From positions 1 through 47,562 of the forward strand of contig CALVKE010000011.1 of NCBI GenBank assembly GCA_944332535.1: a stretch of DNA of 47,562 bases, written 5' to 3'. Of the stretch, positions 26,118 through 35,846 are shown in pieces. The notes below the pieces were generated by a model. It was not told the origin of the DNA. It searched no databases and saw nothing but the letters and a program-made list of their open reading frames with translations. The DNA comes from an uncultured Bacilli bacterium (GTDB lineage: Bacteria > Bacillota_I > Bacilli_A > RF39 > UBA660). The position numbers and the translations under genes are program-made. The stretch's first letter is position 1, and each line of letters starts with the position of its first letter.

Positions 26118-27398
26118 TTAATTACTTAATCTTTTTTTCATGGTACGAAGAGTAATGCCAAGTCCTAGAAGACCAATACCAGATAATGTAACAGCAAGCA
26201 TTACAGGATCAGAAGTACTTGGGTTTGGTTCAGATTCTTCGGGATCAGTTGGAACAGTTGGATCGCCAGTACCTTCATCCGTATCTTCCATAGAACCTAA
26301 AATAGCATATTCACTCAAGTGAGTAGTGTTAAATACGGCATAATCTCCTTCTACTTGAACAGCAAAAGTTTCTACGACTTTATTATCTTTGATATAAGCA
26401 GCTGTTAAAGTAGTATACTTTTTCATTTCGTCTGTTAATTTGATTCTAATTGTAAACTTTCCATCTTCCATAGGAACAATGTCATTATTCTCGTCTAAAA
26501 TTGAAATATCATAGAAAGCAAGTAAATCTTTATTTAAAGCTTCAATTTCTGAAGTTAACTCGTCACTAGCATCTGCAAGAATATTTTTGCTTTCTAGTTT
26601 ATAATTCGTATTCAAATTCGTTTCAGATTCAAATACAACTTCTTCATCGGTCAATACTTTGTTATCAGAGAAAACAACACTTCCATCTTCTCCATAAGTA
26701 ACCATTTTATCGGTTTTGATATGAGAGTTAACCCACTCTTCTGTAATTGCACCAGGTACAACATGATAATCTGGATTAATGAAGTAAAGAGAACTATCAT
26801 ATTCAATTCCTTCTAAAGCGGAATTAAATTTTTTTGCTTCCTCAAATTTTGCCTCAAAATCTTCTTTTGAAGTAACTAAGAAATTATCTCCATTTTCATC
26901 TAATACTTTGTACTGAGCACCATTAATATCTCTGAAGATAACATAGTATAATTGGTTACCATCTTCATCCAATGTTTTTTCGGTTCCATAAATACCCTTT
27001 ACCGTCAAAGAACCTTCTCCTGTAATAATGTAGTCATCATCTACAAGAAGATCGATGGCATTTTTTCCATTAACCACAATTGTACTGGTAGGAACTACCA
27101 TGTTTTCAGATCCTCCATAAAGATAAAAACTTTGGTCTTTTGCAAATTCAAATGTATTTTTAGAATCTGTAAAAGTTCCGATAGTTACTTCTTCTGTAGT
27201 TGGATTCGTAACACAAGTATGACTTGTTAGAGTCATAGAATCATTCAAAGATCCTACTCCACAAATATCACGTTCAGAAACACCCCACATGATTTCATAA
27301 TCTGGGGCTGCTATAGATGCCTTTACCAACATTGGAGAAAGAACCATCGCACACGCCAAAACGCCAAACACTTTTTTGCCTATTTTACTTGACAACAT
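26118..27398 (-). CDS. Cell-wall-anchored surface protein with an NPSTSD (SrtB-type) sorting signal
   Basis: The signal peptide is MLSSKIGKKVFGVLACAMVLSPMLVKASIAA, with the start moved to the ATG at 27398, 8 nt after AAGGGA. The C-terminus is NPSTSD followed by the hydrophobic PVMLAVTLSGIGLLGLGITL and then RTMKKR. Confidence 0.75.
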   Translation of the reverse strand: MLSSKIGKKVFGVLACAMVLSPMLVKASIAAPDYEIMWGVSERDICGVGSLNDSMTLTSHTCVTNPTTEEVTIGTFTDSKNTFEFAKDQSFYLYGGSENMVVPTSTIVVNGKNAIDLLVDDDYIITGEGSLTVKGIYGTEKTLDEDGNQLYYVIFRDINGAQYKVLDENGDNFLVTSKEDFEAKFEEAKKFNSALEGIEYDSSLYFINPDYHVVPGAITEEWVNSHIKTDKMVTYGEDGSVVFSDNKVLTDEEVVFESETNLNTNYKLESKNILADASDELTSEIEALNKDLLAFYDISILDENNDIVPMEDGKFTIRIKLTDEMKKYTTLTAAYIKDNKVVETFAVQVEGDYAVFNTTHLSEYAILGSMEDTDEGTGDPTVPTDPEESEPNPSTSDPVMLAVTLSGIGLLGLGITLRTMKKRLSN

Positions 27399-27457
27399 AT
27401 CTATCATCCCTTTCACTATTATAATATCAAAAATTTATGTTATGTGTCAATACGATT

Positions 27458-28024
27458 CTAACTGAGTAATAACAAAATATATCCAATTAATAACAAGACA
27501 ACAGCCAAATTAATAATAAGAAGAAAATAATTCGTAAAAGCTTGATTGCCACTTGATGCAACAGTTACATCATCTCCTTCTAACTGTTGAATATAATCAT
27601 CGTAGTACAACTGTTCTTTCAAAAAAAGTACTCTCTTAAAATAGATAAAATCATCCGGATGAAAAAAGTGTTCTAGCGTATCAAGATTCTCTTTCAAAAC
27701 ATCCAAACTAAGTAAGGGTAAACGATAATCGTAAGAGTCTAAAAAACTACCAATTGCCATAATTGCTAAGGTTTGAATATTATCAAATTTCATTTGCATG
27801 ATCTCTTCCATTGTTGCCTTTCCAATCTTTTCGTAAGAAGCAAACTTAATATCGGTAGGATTCGTAAAACAAACTCCAATCGTTCGATAATGAAACCGCA
27901 ATATTCTCTTTCCGTCATTATGAAAGCGATGCATCTCTTTCGAAATAGCAAGGAACACTTTTCTTTTCTCTGCCATCGTTCGATAACTAGAAAGATATTC
28001 TTCTAAACTAATCCGATTATCCAT
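27458..28024 (-). CDS. Tail-anchored membrane protein of unknown function immediately downstream of the sigma-factor gene
   Basis: 188 aa with no N-terminal signal. The single TM is at the extreme C-terminus (FTNYFLLIINLAVVLLLIGYILLLLS). The gene lies 24 nt after the sigma-factor stop. Confidence 0.6.
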   Translation of the reverse strand: MDNRISLEEYLSSYRTMAEKRKVFLAISKEMHRFHNDGKRILRFHYRTIGVCFTNPTDIKFASYEKIGKATMEEIMQMKFDNIQTLAIMAIGSFLDSYDYRLPLLSLDVLKENLDTLEHFFHPDDFIYFKRVLFLKEQLYYDDYIQQLEGDDVTVASSGNQAFTNYFLLIINLAVVLLLIGYILLLLS

Positions 28025-28048
28025 AGAATCCCTCCTATTATAAATTCA

Positions 28049-28672
28049 TTATATCACGTATAAGTTCTTCTTTACTAGATAATCTTTTAATTTTTTTCGA
28101 TTTCTTGATAAAATACTAGAAATAGCGCGAGGAGATTTTTCAAAAAGCAGGGACAAACTTTTCACAGAATATCCATGAAAAGAAAGTTCTAAAATGGAAG
28201 CCATCTCGAGTGGTAATTCATACAAAAAGGAAAGAATAGCAGCTTCTAATTCGTGTGTTTCTAAAGTAAGATTAACATCATTTTTAGGATCCATCAAAAC
28301 ATCCATCAAGGTAATATTTTCTTTCTGGGTAGGAGAAGAAAGAGAAAGAGCTTCTACGATAGCTTTGTTTTTATGTGTTTGCATCGAACGAAGTAAATTT
28401 TTAAATCTTGCATCTACCGCTAAATTTAAATACGTATAGAAAGATGCTCCCACTTCTTCGTTATAACTAGAAATAGCAGATAAAAAAGTCAGGCGCACTT
28501 CTTGTTCCAAATCTTCTAATTCATATCCCATTTTTTTAAAAATAGCTTCCCATTTCCGACACTTTTTCCACAAGAAAGGTTCATACTTTTCTAATAAAAG
28601 TGCCGTATTATCATCCGATAAATCACTTACCATATACAAAAGTTCATAGTCGTTCATATCTCGATAATTCAT
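28049..28672 (-). CDS. sigH: Sigma-70-family RNA polymerase sigma factor, SigH-like by position
   Basis: 207 aa. It has region 2-like (LEDLEQEVRLTFLSAISSYNEEVGASFYTYLNLAV) and region 4-like (SFHGYSVKSLSLLFEKSPRAISSILSRNRKKLK) segments. It follows mrnC-rlmB as sigH does in Bacillus. Confidence 0.6.
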   Translation of the reverse strand: MNYRDMNDYELLYMVSDLSDDNTALLLEKYEPFLWKKCRKWEAIFKKMGYELEDLEQEVRLTFLSAISSYNEEVGASFYTYLNLAVDARFKNLLRSMQTHKNKAIVEALSLSSPTQKENITLMDVLMDPKNDVNLTLETHELEAAILSFLYELPLEMASILELSFHGYSVKSLSLLFEKSPRAISSILSRNRKKLKDYLVKKNLYVI

Positions 28673-28674
28673 AA

Positions 28675-29361
28675 CTACTCCCGAATTTGTCGAACTGCCT
28701 CATAAATAAATAGGGCCGCAGCAACAGAGGCATTTAAACTATTGACTGTACCATACATAGGGATAGAAGCAATAAAATCACAGTTCTTACGAACTAATTC
28801 GCTCATTCCTTTTCCCTCGTTTCCGATTACAATAATCGTTTTTCCCCGGTAATCTATTTTTTTAAAGTCTTCTCCATTCATATCGGTTCCAACTACCCAA
28901 AAGCCTTGCTTTTTTAACTTCGACATGGTATCTACTAAATTGGTCACTTGGCAAATAGGAAGATGATTGGCGCTTCCCACACTGGTTTTTAGTACCGTCG
29001 CATTCACCTCTACCGAACGATTTCGAGGGATCACAATACCTTGAATACCCGATGCTTCCGCAGTACGAATAATGGCTCCCAAATTATGAGGATCTTCTAA
29101 GTGATCCAAAAATAAAAGAGTACATGGATCTTGATCCAACAAATCCTCAAGGTCCGTATATTCAAAATCATCCACTTCCATAGCAATTCCTTGATGCACA
29201 CCGCCACACATCTTATCTAAAACACTTTTTTCCACATAATTAATTTTTTGGTGTATCATCTCTAACAAAACACTATCCGAAAAATCTTTTTGCAAATAAA
29301 TCTTTTTTCCTTTTCCGTTTTTTAAATATTCCAAACAAACATTTCTACCGTAAACTAGCAT
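28675..29361 (-). CDS. rlmB: TrmH-family 23S rRNA 2'-O-methyltransferase (RlmB/YacO-like)
   Basis: 228 aa with SPOUT motifs (DPHNLGAIIRTAEASG, IVIGNEGKGMS, IPMYGTVNSLNASVAAAL) and conserved synteny. Confidence 0.8.
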   Translation of the reverse strand: MLVYGRNVCLEYLKNGKGKKIYLQKDFSDSVLLEMIHQKINYVEKSVLDKMCGGVHQGIAMEVDDFEYTDLEDLLDQDPCTLLFLDHLEDPHNLGAIIRTAEASGIQGIVIPRNRSVEVNATVLKTSVGSANHLPICQVTNLVDTMSKLKKQGFWVVGTDMNGEDFKKIDYRGKTIIVIGNEGKGMSELVRKNCDFIASIPMYGTVNSLNASVAAALFIYEAVRQIRE

Positions 29362-29737
29362 TTCCTACCTCCAAAATAAACTTCATTATTGCATCGATTC
29401 GATCCTTTCTATCTAAATAAGAAAGATACCCAATTACCGCTTCCAAAGCCGTCGCATGTTTATAAGTTAAAATATCACAATTTTTAGGATGCCGCAAACT
29501 TTTATAATTTCTCGCTCGTCGAATCACACTTTCCTCTTCTTCGGTAAAAAAAGAGGCCTCTAACAATTGTTCCAAAAAATAAGCTTGCTTTTTAGCACTG
29601 ACAAAAAGAACCGCCTTTTCCTGTAATTCTTTTACGTGATTCATACCAAGATCAATAAGATAACGCCGAATATAGCCTTCGTAAACGGTATCTCCTAAAT
29701 ATGCCAAAACCAATACATTTATCTCTAATACGTTCAT
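29345..29737 (-). CDS. mrnC: Mini-ribonuclease 3
   Basis: 130 aa. It has the LAYLGDTVYE RNase III-like signature and ...RRARN...A..YKHATALEA. It overlaps rlmB by 17 nt. Confidence 0.85.
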   Translation of the reverse strand: MNVLEINVLVLAYLGDTVYEGYIRRYLIDLGMNHVKELQEKAVLFVSAKKQAYFLEQLLEASFFTEEEESVIRRARNYKSLRHPKNCDILTYKHATALEAVIGYLSYLDRKDRIDAIMKFILEVGNASLR

Positions 29738-29802
29738 TTTTACACCCCGAAATCATCATAAAGGAAAATGACAAAAAAGACAAGAGAAACAAACGAAGTA
29801 AG

Positions 29803-29825
29803 CAAAAAAAGAACATTACTGTTCT
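29803..29825 (-). terminator. Rho-independent terminator after the metallopeptidase gene
   Basis: AGAACA-GTAA-TGTTCT is followed by TTTTTTTG on the minus strand. A TTGTCT-17-TATGAT promoter follows, before mrnC. Confidence 0.65.
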
Positions 29826-29827
29826 TT

Positions 29828-30523
29828 TTAACGATCATCACGATTGGAAACAATTAACACAAGTCGTAATAGTTCCAACAAAGTAGTAGCAAGTCCTGCA
29901 ACATAAGTAAGAGCTGCGGCTGTCAACATACTTTTTCCGCCGGCTACTTCGTCTGTATCCAAAATGCCATCTGCCTCTAGTATTTTCAAAGCGCGCTTAG
30001 AAGCATCAAACTCTGTTGGTAAAGTAACTAGTTGAAACAATAACAAAACCAAAAGTAAACCGATTCCTCCCCAAGCAAGATCCATCCAACTAAATAATAG
30101 ACCAATCAAAATAGCAATATAACCAAACTTAGATGCAAAATTAACAAAAGGAACTAAAAAACCACGTATTTTGATAAATATATAACCTTCTTTATGTTGA
30201 ATGGCATGTCCGCATTCGTGGGCAGCAACGGAAACCGCGGCAATTGTATCACCGTGAAATACCTCTTTCGAAAGGCGCACTACTTTTCGAGTAGGATCAT
30301 AATGATCGCTAAGTACGCCAGAAACTTCCGTCACGTAAATATCTTGTAACCCATTTTCATCTAATATCTTTCTTGCCACTTCACAACCAGTCAAACCTTT
30401 CGCTGTTTTAATCGCCCGAAATTTACGATAACGACTATTTAAAATTGCTTGTGCAACTAAAGTAATAATAGCCCCAATAATAACAAGTCCGTATCCTAAA
30501 AAATCAAACCCGTAATATATCAT
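29828..30523 (-). CDS. Membrane zinc metallopeptidase, YugP family
   Basis: 231 aa with the HExxH motif in AAHECGHAIQH, flanked by hydrophobic segments. The overall layout matches the YugP/Zn_peptidase_2 family. Confidence 0.8.
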   Translation of the reverse strand: MIYYGFDFLGYGLVIIGAIITLVAQAILNSRYRKFRAIKTAKGLTGCEVARKILDENGLQDIYVTEVSGVLSDHYDPTRKVVRLSKEVFHGDTIAAVSVAAHECGHAIQHKEGYIFIKIRGFLVPFVNFASKFGYIAILIGLLFSWMDLAWGGIGLLLVLLLFQLVTLPTEFDASKRALKILEADGILDTDEVAGGKSMLTAAALTYVAGLATTLLELLRLVLIVSNRDDR

Positions 30524-30532
30524 ATTTCACCT

Positions 30533-31921
30533 CTAAATCCTTTCATAAATTGTTTTCTCTCTAGTATCAATCAAACGAATCCCCTGTTTTAATAACTCTT
30601 CGCGAATCTCATCCGCTAGGGCATAATTTTTTTCTTTCTTAGCAAGATTTCTCTCTTCTATTTTCTTTAAAATTTCCTCTTCCACGTCCTCTTGCTCTTC
30701 TTCCATCGTAAGGTCAAGAGAAAGTACTTGATCCATATCTTCTATCAAATAGCGCTTCGAATAATCATTTAACTCTTCTTCTTTTAATACATCGTAAACA
30801 AGAGTTAGCATACTAGACGTTGCTAGATCATTAGAAATTGCCTCTTTCATTTTATTCTGGTAAAATGCAACCTTCTCACTAAGAGTATCCGGTGTAGTTG
30901 AAAGTGATGCGATTTTCTTTTTCAATTTGCGATAGCTAACTTGTGCTTGTTCGAGTGCTTCATAAGAAAACACTAAATTATTGCGATAATGACTTCCTAA
31001 GCAAAAATAACGATAACTCATCGGAAAGTATCCTTTTTCTTCTAATAAAGAAAGCGTTAAAAATTCTCCACTAGACTTACTCATTTTTCCACTTTTATCA
31101 TTCAAGTGCGCTCCGTGCAACCAATAAGAACACCACTTATGTCCAAAATACGCTTCGCTTTGAGCAATTTCATTCGTGTGATGAGGAAAAATATTATCTA
31201 CTCCTCCACAATGAATATCCAAATATTCTCCTAAGTAAAGAGCGGAAATTCCACTACATTCAATGTGCCATCCAGGATATCCTACTCCCCATGGAGAATC
31301 CCATTTCATTTCTTGTTCTTGAAACTTACTAACCGTAAACCACAAAACAAAGTCTCCTGGATTTTTCTTCCTGTCATCTGCTTCTACCGTATCCCGTACA
31401 CCAACTCTTAAATCTTCCGGATTTTTTCCAGATAATTGATAATAATCTTTCGCTTTGCTAATATCAAAATAAATATTTCCACCAGAAGAGTAAGCGTATC
31501 CTTTGTCTAACATCACTTCGATCATTTTAATATATTGATCGATATGATCACTTGCTTTTTCCACGATCTCTGGCTTCTTAATATTTAATTTACGACAATC
31601 CTCAAAAAAAGCATCCGTATAAAATTGGGCAATCTCATAAACCGTTTTTCCTTCTCGCTTTGCCCCTTTTTGCATTTTATCTTCTCCGGTATCCGCATCG
31701 CTCGTCAAATGACCAACATCTGTAATATTCATGACGCGCTTAACATCATATCCAAGATAGCGTAACCCTTTTTCTAAGATATCTTCAAAAATATAAGTAC
31801 GAAGATTTCCAATATGAGCATAGTGATATACTGTCGGACCACAAGTATACATTCTGACAATTCCCTCATCGTGAGGAACAAATTTTTCTAACCTCCGACT
31901 TAAGCTATTATAAACTTTCAT
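30533..31921 (-). CDS. cysS: Cysteine--tRNA ligase
   Basis: HIGH-type motif YHYAHIGNLRTY and KMSKS are present. I moved the start to the ATG at 31921 (MKVYNSLSR...), 4 nt after GGAGGA. Confidence 0.95.
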   Translation of the reverse strand: MKVYNSLSRRLEKFVPHDEGIVRMYTCGPTVYHYAHIGNLRTYIFEDILEKGLRYLGYDVKRVMNITDVGHLTSDADTGEDKMQKGAKREGKTVYEIAQFYTDAFFEDCRKLNIKKPEIVEKASDHIDQYIKMIEVMLDKGYAYSSGGNIYFDISKAKDYYQLSGKNPEDLRVGVRDTVEADDRKKNPGDFVLWFTVSKFQEQEMKWDSPWGVGYPGWHIECSGISALYLGEYLDIHCGGVDNIFPHHTNEIAQSEAYFGHKWCSYWLHGAHLNDKSGKMSKSSGEFLTLSLLEEKGYFPMSYRYFCLGSHYRNNLVFSYEALEQAQVSYRKLKKKIASLSTTPDTLSEKVAFYQNKMKEAISNDLATSSMLTLVYDVLKEEELNDYSKRYLIEDMDQVLSLDLTMEEEQEDVEEEILKKIEERNLAKKEKNYALADEIREELLKQGIRLIDTREKTIYERI

Positions 31922-32003
31922 AATATCCTCCATTTGTACTATTATACGAATCAATTATGTTTAAAATATGTAATTTTGAACAAAAAACAATTCCATTACG
32001 TTT

Positions 32004-32032
32004 ATTATAATAATTTTTCGCTAAAATAGCAA
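32004..32032 (-). promoter_or_regulatory. SigA-type promoter of cysS
   Basis: The minus strand reads TTGCTA-17 nt-TATAAT. The leader is short (about 75 nt), with no T-box sequence seen. Confidence 0.6.
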
Positions 32033-32142
32033 ATCAAACCAAGAACATTTATAGAAAAGAAAAAAAGGATCAAAAGTACAAAAAAGACAACATAAGTAAG
32101 AAAAAGAGGAAAAAGACATGAATTTGTCATGCCTTAAATACT

Positions 32143-34446
32143 TTAGCCAATCGTTGGAATCGATACTTTCTTTTTTCCAACTAGAATAGAATCAATCACC
32201 AATCGATCAATTTTATCTTCGATAATTTTATCTACTTTTCTTGCGCCAAATTCTTCAAATTTACTCAAAGCAATCACCTCTGGTATAACTGATTTACCAA
32301 TGGATAATTGAATTCCACGATCTTGAAAATGCCTTTTTACTTCACTTAATTTTTGCCTTACGATTTTTTCTAAAGATTCCCGCGTCAAATTAGGAAATAC
32401 TAGTACTTTATCTATACGATTCATAAACTCTACACTTAAAAATTCTTTTAATTTCGAATCAACCGAAGAAGTATCGTGACAAAAACCTAAGGATGACTTT
32501 CCAAACCCAATGTTTGAAGTCATGATAATGGTCGCATGGGAAAATGATACTTCTCGCCCTGTAGAGTCTTTCATCACTCCTTCATCCAATGCTTGTAAGA
32601 ATAAGTTTATAACATTGGTACTAGCTTTTTCTATCTCATCTAAAAGAATAACAGAATAAGGATGAAGTCGCACTTGTTCTAAAATATTTTTTCCATCATC
32701 ATAACCAACATAACCGCTAGGAGAACCGATTATTTTACTAATACTATGGCTTTCCATAAATTCACTCATATCTAAACGAATAAAGGAATTTTTTCCTCCC
32801 ATATAATGAGCATATTCTTTCGCCAAATAGGTCTTCCCGACTCCCGTTGGCCCGACAAATAGAAAAGAAGCTGGACGTTTCCCCTTTTTCAAACCAAACT
32901 TTAACCGCTTAGTAAACTCACATAACGCATGAACGGCTTCTTCCTGACCGATAATCTTTTTTTGAAGGACATCTTCCATTTTAGCCAGTTCCTTCATAGC
33001 CGTTTTATCCATCTCGTAAATAGGAATTTTCGTCTTTTGAAACACCACCTTTTTAATATCTTCTTTTGTTACATTACGCACTTTTCCACCTGTTATATTA
33101 CGTAGTTCTAACTCATTTAATTGAGAAAGATAACGACATTCTTCTTCCTTCAACACACTCGCTTCTTTAAAATGATGTTTCATAATACTTCTGTTTTTCT
33201 TTTCTCGAATGATTTCTATGTTTCGTTTCAACTCTAATATTTTTTGACGTCCGTCTTCTTTTTTTAGTTGGACCATGGAACAGACTTCGTCCAAAATATC
33301 AATCGATTTATCCGGTTGCTTTCGATCGTGCATATAATCATTCGTAAAATGAATAATATCCCATAAAAGCGAATCCTCGATTTTTACCCCATGAAAAGAA
33401 GTATATAAATCCTTTAATCCAGACAATATTTGATAAGTCGCCTCATCACTAGGCTCTAACACTTCCACTTTTTGAAATCGACGATCAAAGGCCTTATCCT
33501 TTTCGATTGTTTTCTTATATTCTTCCATCGTAGTAGCGCCAATTAAACGAAGTTTTCCACGGGCTAAAGAAGGTTTTAAAATATTAGATGCATCAATTGC
33601 TCCTTCTGCACCTCCTGCTCCTACAATTGTATGTACCTCATCAATGAACACAATAACATCATCACGCGACTCTACTTCTTTTAAAATCTTAGAAATTCTC
33701 TCTTCAAATTCTCCTCGGTACTTCGTACCTGCAACCAAACTAGCAATTTCTACAGAAATAATACGTTTTCCTCGCAAGGAATCTGGAACTTCTTCTTTGG
33801 CAATAAGACGTGCTAACTCTTCTACTATCGCCGTCTTTCCCACTCCTGCGTCTCCTACTAACAAAGGATTATTTTTTCCTCTTCGCGATAAAATTTCAAT
33901 CACATGCTGAATTTCTTCCTCGCGACCAATCACAGGATCAATATCCCCTTTTAGTGCTCTTTTCGTTAAATCAACACCAAATTCTTCTATTAATAACTTC
34001 TTTTTGGTTTTTCCTTTTTTCTCAATTGTCTGTTCACTAAATTCATCATAAAGATTATCAATATCAACATCCATATTCTCTAAAATACGAATGGCAATAC
34101 CATCTCCCTCTTCTAGTAAGGAAAGAAAAAGATGAGAAACACTAACCACGTTCGAATTCATTTCCCGAGCTGTTAATGCGGCATTTTCTAATACTCTTTT
34201 CAAAAGTGGCGTATACAAAAACCAATGATTTTCCTCGCTTCCAAGTCCTACTGCTTTTATCAATTCCTCACGAAAAGAAGTATACGTAACACCAAGTTCT
34301 TGAAAACGATGAGCAATTCTTTCATTTTCCGATAGAATGGAGAGGAATAAATGTTCACTACCAACATACGGATGTTTCATCTCCATCATTTCTTTTTTCG
34401 CCATAATAAGTACTTTTTGTGCTTCTTCACTAAATCTTGAAAACAT
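32143..34446 (-). CDS. clpC: ATP-dependent Clp protease ATP-binding subunit, ClpC-like
   Basis: 767 aa with duplicated Clp_N repeats and two AAA+ modules (GDAGVGKT and GPTGVGKT). Confidence 0.85.
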   Translation of the reverse strand: MFSRFSEEAQKVLIMAKKEMMEMKHPYVGSEHLFLSILSENERIAHRFQELGVTYTSFREELIKAVGLGSEENHWFLYTPLLKRVLENAALTAREMNSNVVSVSHLFLSLLEEGDGIAIRILENMDVDIDNLYDEFSEQTIEKKGKTKKKLLIEEFGVDLTKRALKGDIDPVIGREEEIQHVIEILSRRGKNNPLLVGDAGVGKTAIVEELARLIAKEEVPDSLRGKRIISVEIASLVAGTKYRGEFEERISKILKEVESRDDVIVFIDEVHTIVGAGGAEGAIDASNILKPSLARGKLRLIGATTMEEYKKTIEKDKAFDRRFQKVEVLEPSDEATYQILSGLKDLYTSFHGVKIEDSLLWDIIHFTNDYMHDRKQPDKSIDILDEVCSMVQLKKEDGRQKILELKRNIEIIREKKNRSIMKHHFKEASVLKEEECRYLSQLNELELRNITGGKVRNVTKEDIKKVVFQKTKIPIYEMDKTAMKELAKMEDVLQKKIIGQEEAVHALCEFTKRLKFGLKKGKRPASFLFVGPTGVGKTYLAKEYAHYMGGKNSFIRLDMSEFMESHSISKIIGSPSGYVGYDDGKNILEQVRLHPYSVILLDEIEKASTNVINLFLQALDEGVMKDSTGREVSFSHATIIMTSNIGFGKSSLGFCHDTSSVDSKLKEFLSVEFMNRIDKVLVFPNLTRESLEKIVRQKLSEVKRHFQDRGIQLSIGKSVIPEVIALSKFEEFGARKVDKIIEDKIDRLVIDSILVGKKKVSIPTIG

Positions 34447-34500
34447 AAAATCCCTCCATTAAATTCTATGAATATATTGTGAGAAGAGAAGCACTTCTAT

Positions 34501-34528
34501 ACAAAAAAGAATACAAAATTTGTATTCT
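34501..34528 (-). terminator. Rho-independent terminator before clpC
   Basis: The near-perfect palindrome AGAATACAAA-T-TTTGTATTCT is followed by TTTTTTGT on the minus strand and touches the upstream stop codon. Confidence 0.65.
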
Positions 34529-35766
34529 TATTGCATTAATAAATAGATACCAACAGCAATCGCTAGTACGTCCACCACCAAGAAAAATATTAAACTACCA
34601 TAATTAGCTAGACCAGAAGAAGAGGTAGAAGAAGAGGTAGGCATCTCTCCTAATTTTAATACCCTAGTAGGTCCTTTTTCTGGCGAATTGTTTCCGGTCA
34701 CCTGTTCCTCAAAAGAGGCTTGAAGATTTTCCTCTTGTTGAATCACATCGTCTTGCTCTAACTGTTGTAAATTAATTTTTCCTTCTTCATTTCCAAACAA
34801 GTTATGTTTCTTATCCGCTGCAACAATCGATTCAATCGAATTAACAGAATATCCTTCTAAGTAAATACTATCTTCATTATCACCGCTAGATAAATAACAA
34901 GTTGTAGAATTCATTTCATTAACCGTTACTTCTCGTCCACTAGAGGTTACATTTTTACTAAATCCATCAATAATAGACGGAAGAGCATCTTGATCAAATT
35001 GATAACCATCTTCATAGCCAAACACTTCGTTAGAAACTGCAACCCCATTTTCTTTATCAATATAACTTACGGTAATTAAACGATCATACTGACTATCTTC
35101 TTTATTTTGCTTCACAATCGCCATTCTTACTAAAATATTTTCTCCGGTCTTATTACGAACAAATTTTTCGTAATAATCCACTTTCGATTCCCCAACAGCA
35201 AGTTCTTCTGGTTGCTCTTTACTCTTGGAAGCAGGCGATAATTCCTGAAGAGCCATACTAAGAGCCTCTTCTAAACTGCGCCCCATCTCTTCTGGAAAAC
35301 GAACTTGGTTTCCTTCTACTACAAAACCAGCTTTTCTTAATACTTCTAACATTTCTTTCATATCTGTTCGAATGCGATATTTTTTTTGATTCGGAAGATT
35401 TTGAACACCAATACCAAATTTTCCTTCATACTCTAAAGAACGTTTAAAAAGTTCATAACTATTACGAAGTTGAGGATTCATTTTTTCTACATAATCAACC
35501 GTTTGATCATAAGTAGACAATGACCATGACAAACGCTCAAACAAAAGGGAAGGATCCAAATTAGCTTGATTTCCGTTTATTCTAATTTGAGAAGATCCAT
35601 TTTGGTTTAATAAAAGAAGATCATAGTTTGCTTGATCATAAAAATCTACTAACAGTTTTTCCAAATAATCCTGACTTTTTTCATCATACACAAAGGAAAC
35701 TGTTTTTCCATCAAAGCGAGTAGAAATACCAGCTTGTTTCAACTGTTCTAAAAGTTCGTTCGTCAT
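34528..35766 (-). CDS. Tail-anchored protein of unknown function
   Basis: I moved the start to the ATG at 35766 (MTNELLEQLKQAG...) with SD GAGGAAGTG, giving 412 aa. There is no signal peptide. A Ser-rich stretch precedes the C-terminal TM SLIFFLVVDVLAIAVGIYLLMQ. There is an internal echo, LLEQLKQAGISTRFDGKTVSF versus MLEVLRKAGFVVEGNQVRF. Confidence 0.6.
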   Translation of the reverse strand: MTNELLEQLKQAGISTRFDGKTVSFVYDEKSQDYLEKLLVDFYDQANYDLLLLNQNGSSQIRINGNQANLDPSLLFERLSWSLSTYDQTVDYVEKMNPQLRNSYELFKRSLEYEGKFGIGVQNLPNQKKYRIRTDMKEMLEVLRKAGFVVEGNQVRFPEEMGRSLEEALSMALQELSPASKSKEQPEELAVGESKVDYYEKFVRNKTGENILVRMAIVKQNKEDSQYDRLITVSYIDKENGVAVSNEVFGYEDGYQFDQDALPSIIDGFSKNVTSSGREVTVNEMNSTTCYLSSGDNEDSIYLEGYSVNSIESIVAADKKHNLFGNEEGKINLQQLEQDDVIQQEENLQASFEEQVTGNNSPEKGPTRVLKLGEMPTSSSTSSSGLANYGSLIFFLVVDVLAIAVGIYLLMQ

Positions 35767-35820
35767 AAAATCACTTCCTCTATTATTTATAACAATCATA
35801 CCATAAAAAGCTTTTTTTGA

Positions 35821-35846
35821 AAAGAAAAAAAGAAGCAAAAGCTTCT
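35821..35846 (-). terminator. Rho-independent terminator after the permease gene
   Basis: AGAAGC-TTTT-GCTTCT is followed by TTTTTTTCTTTT on the minus strand. Confidence 0.65.

Noticed and set aside
32005-32130. A 41-codon hydrophobic ORF (MTNSCLFPLFLTYVVFFVLLILFFFSINVLGLICYFSEKLL) in the clpC-cysS intergenic region.
   Set aside because: The ATG is only 1 nt from the sole AAGG-like sequence, so there is no usable SD. The ORF lies in a T-rich spacer that yields F/L codons by composition, and it runs through the clpC terminator and into the cysS promoter -10.
34447-34527. A search for a CtsR operator upstream of clpC, and for T-box leaders upstream of cysS (31922-32142) and lysS.
   Set aside because: I found no GGTCAAA-type heptad direct repeat and no T-box consensus or specifier/antiterminator architecture. 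The leaders are too short (about 20-80 nt). I record this as absence by eye, not as proof.
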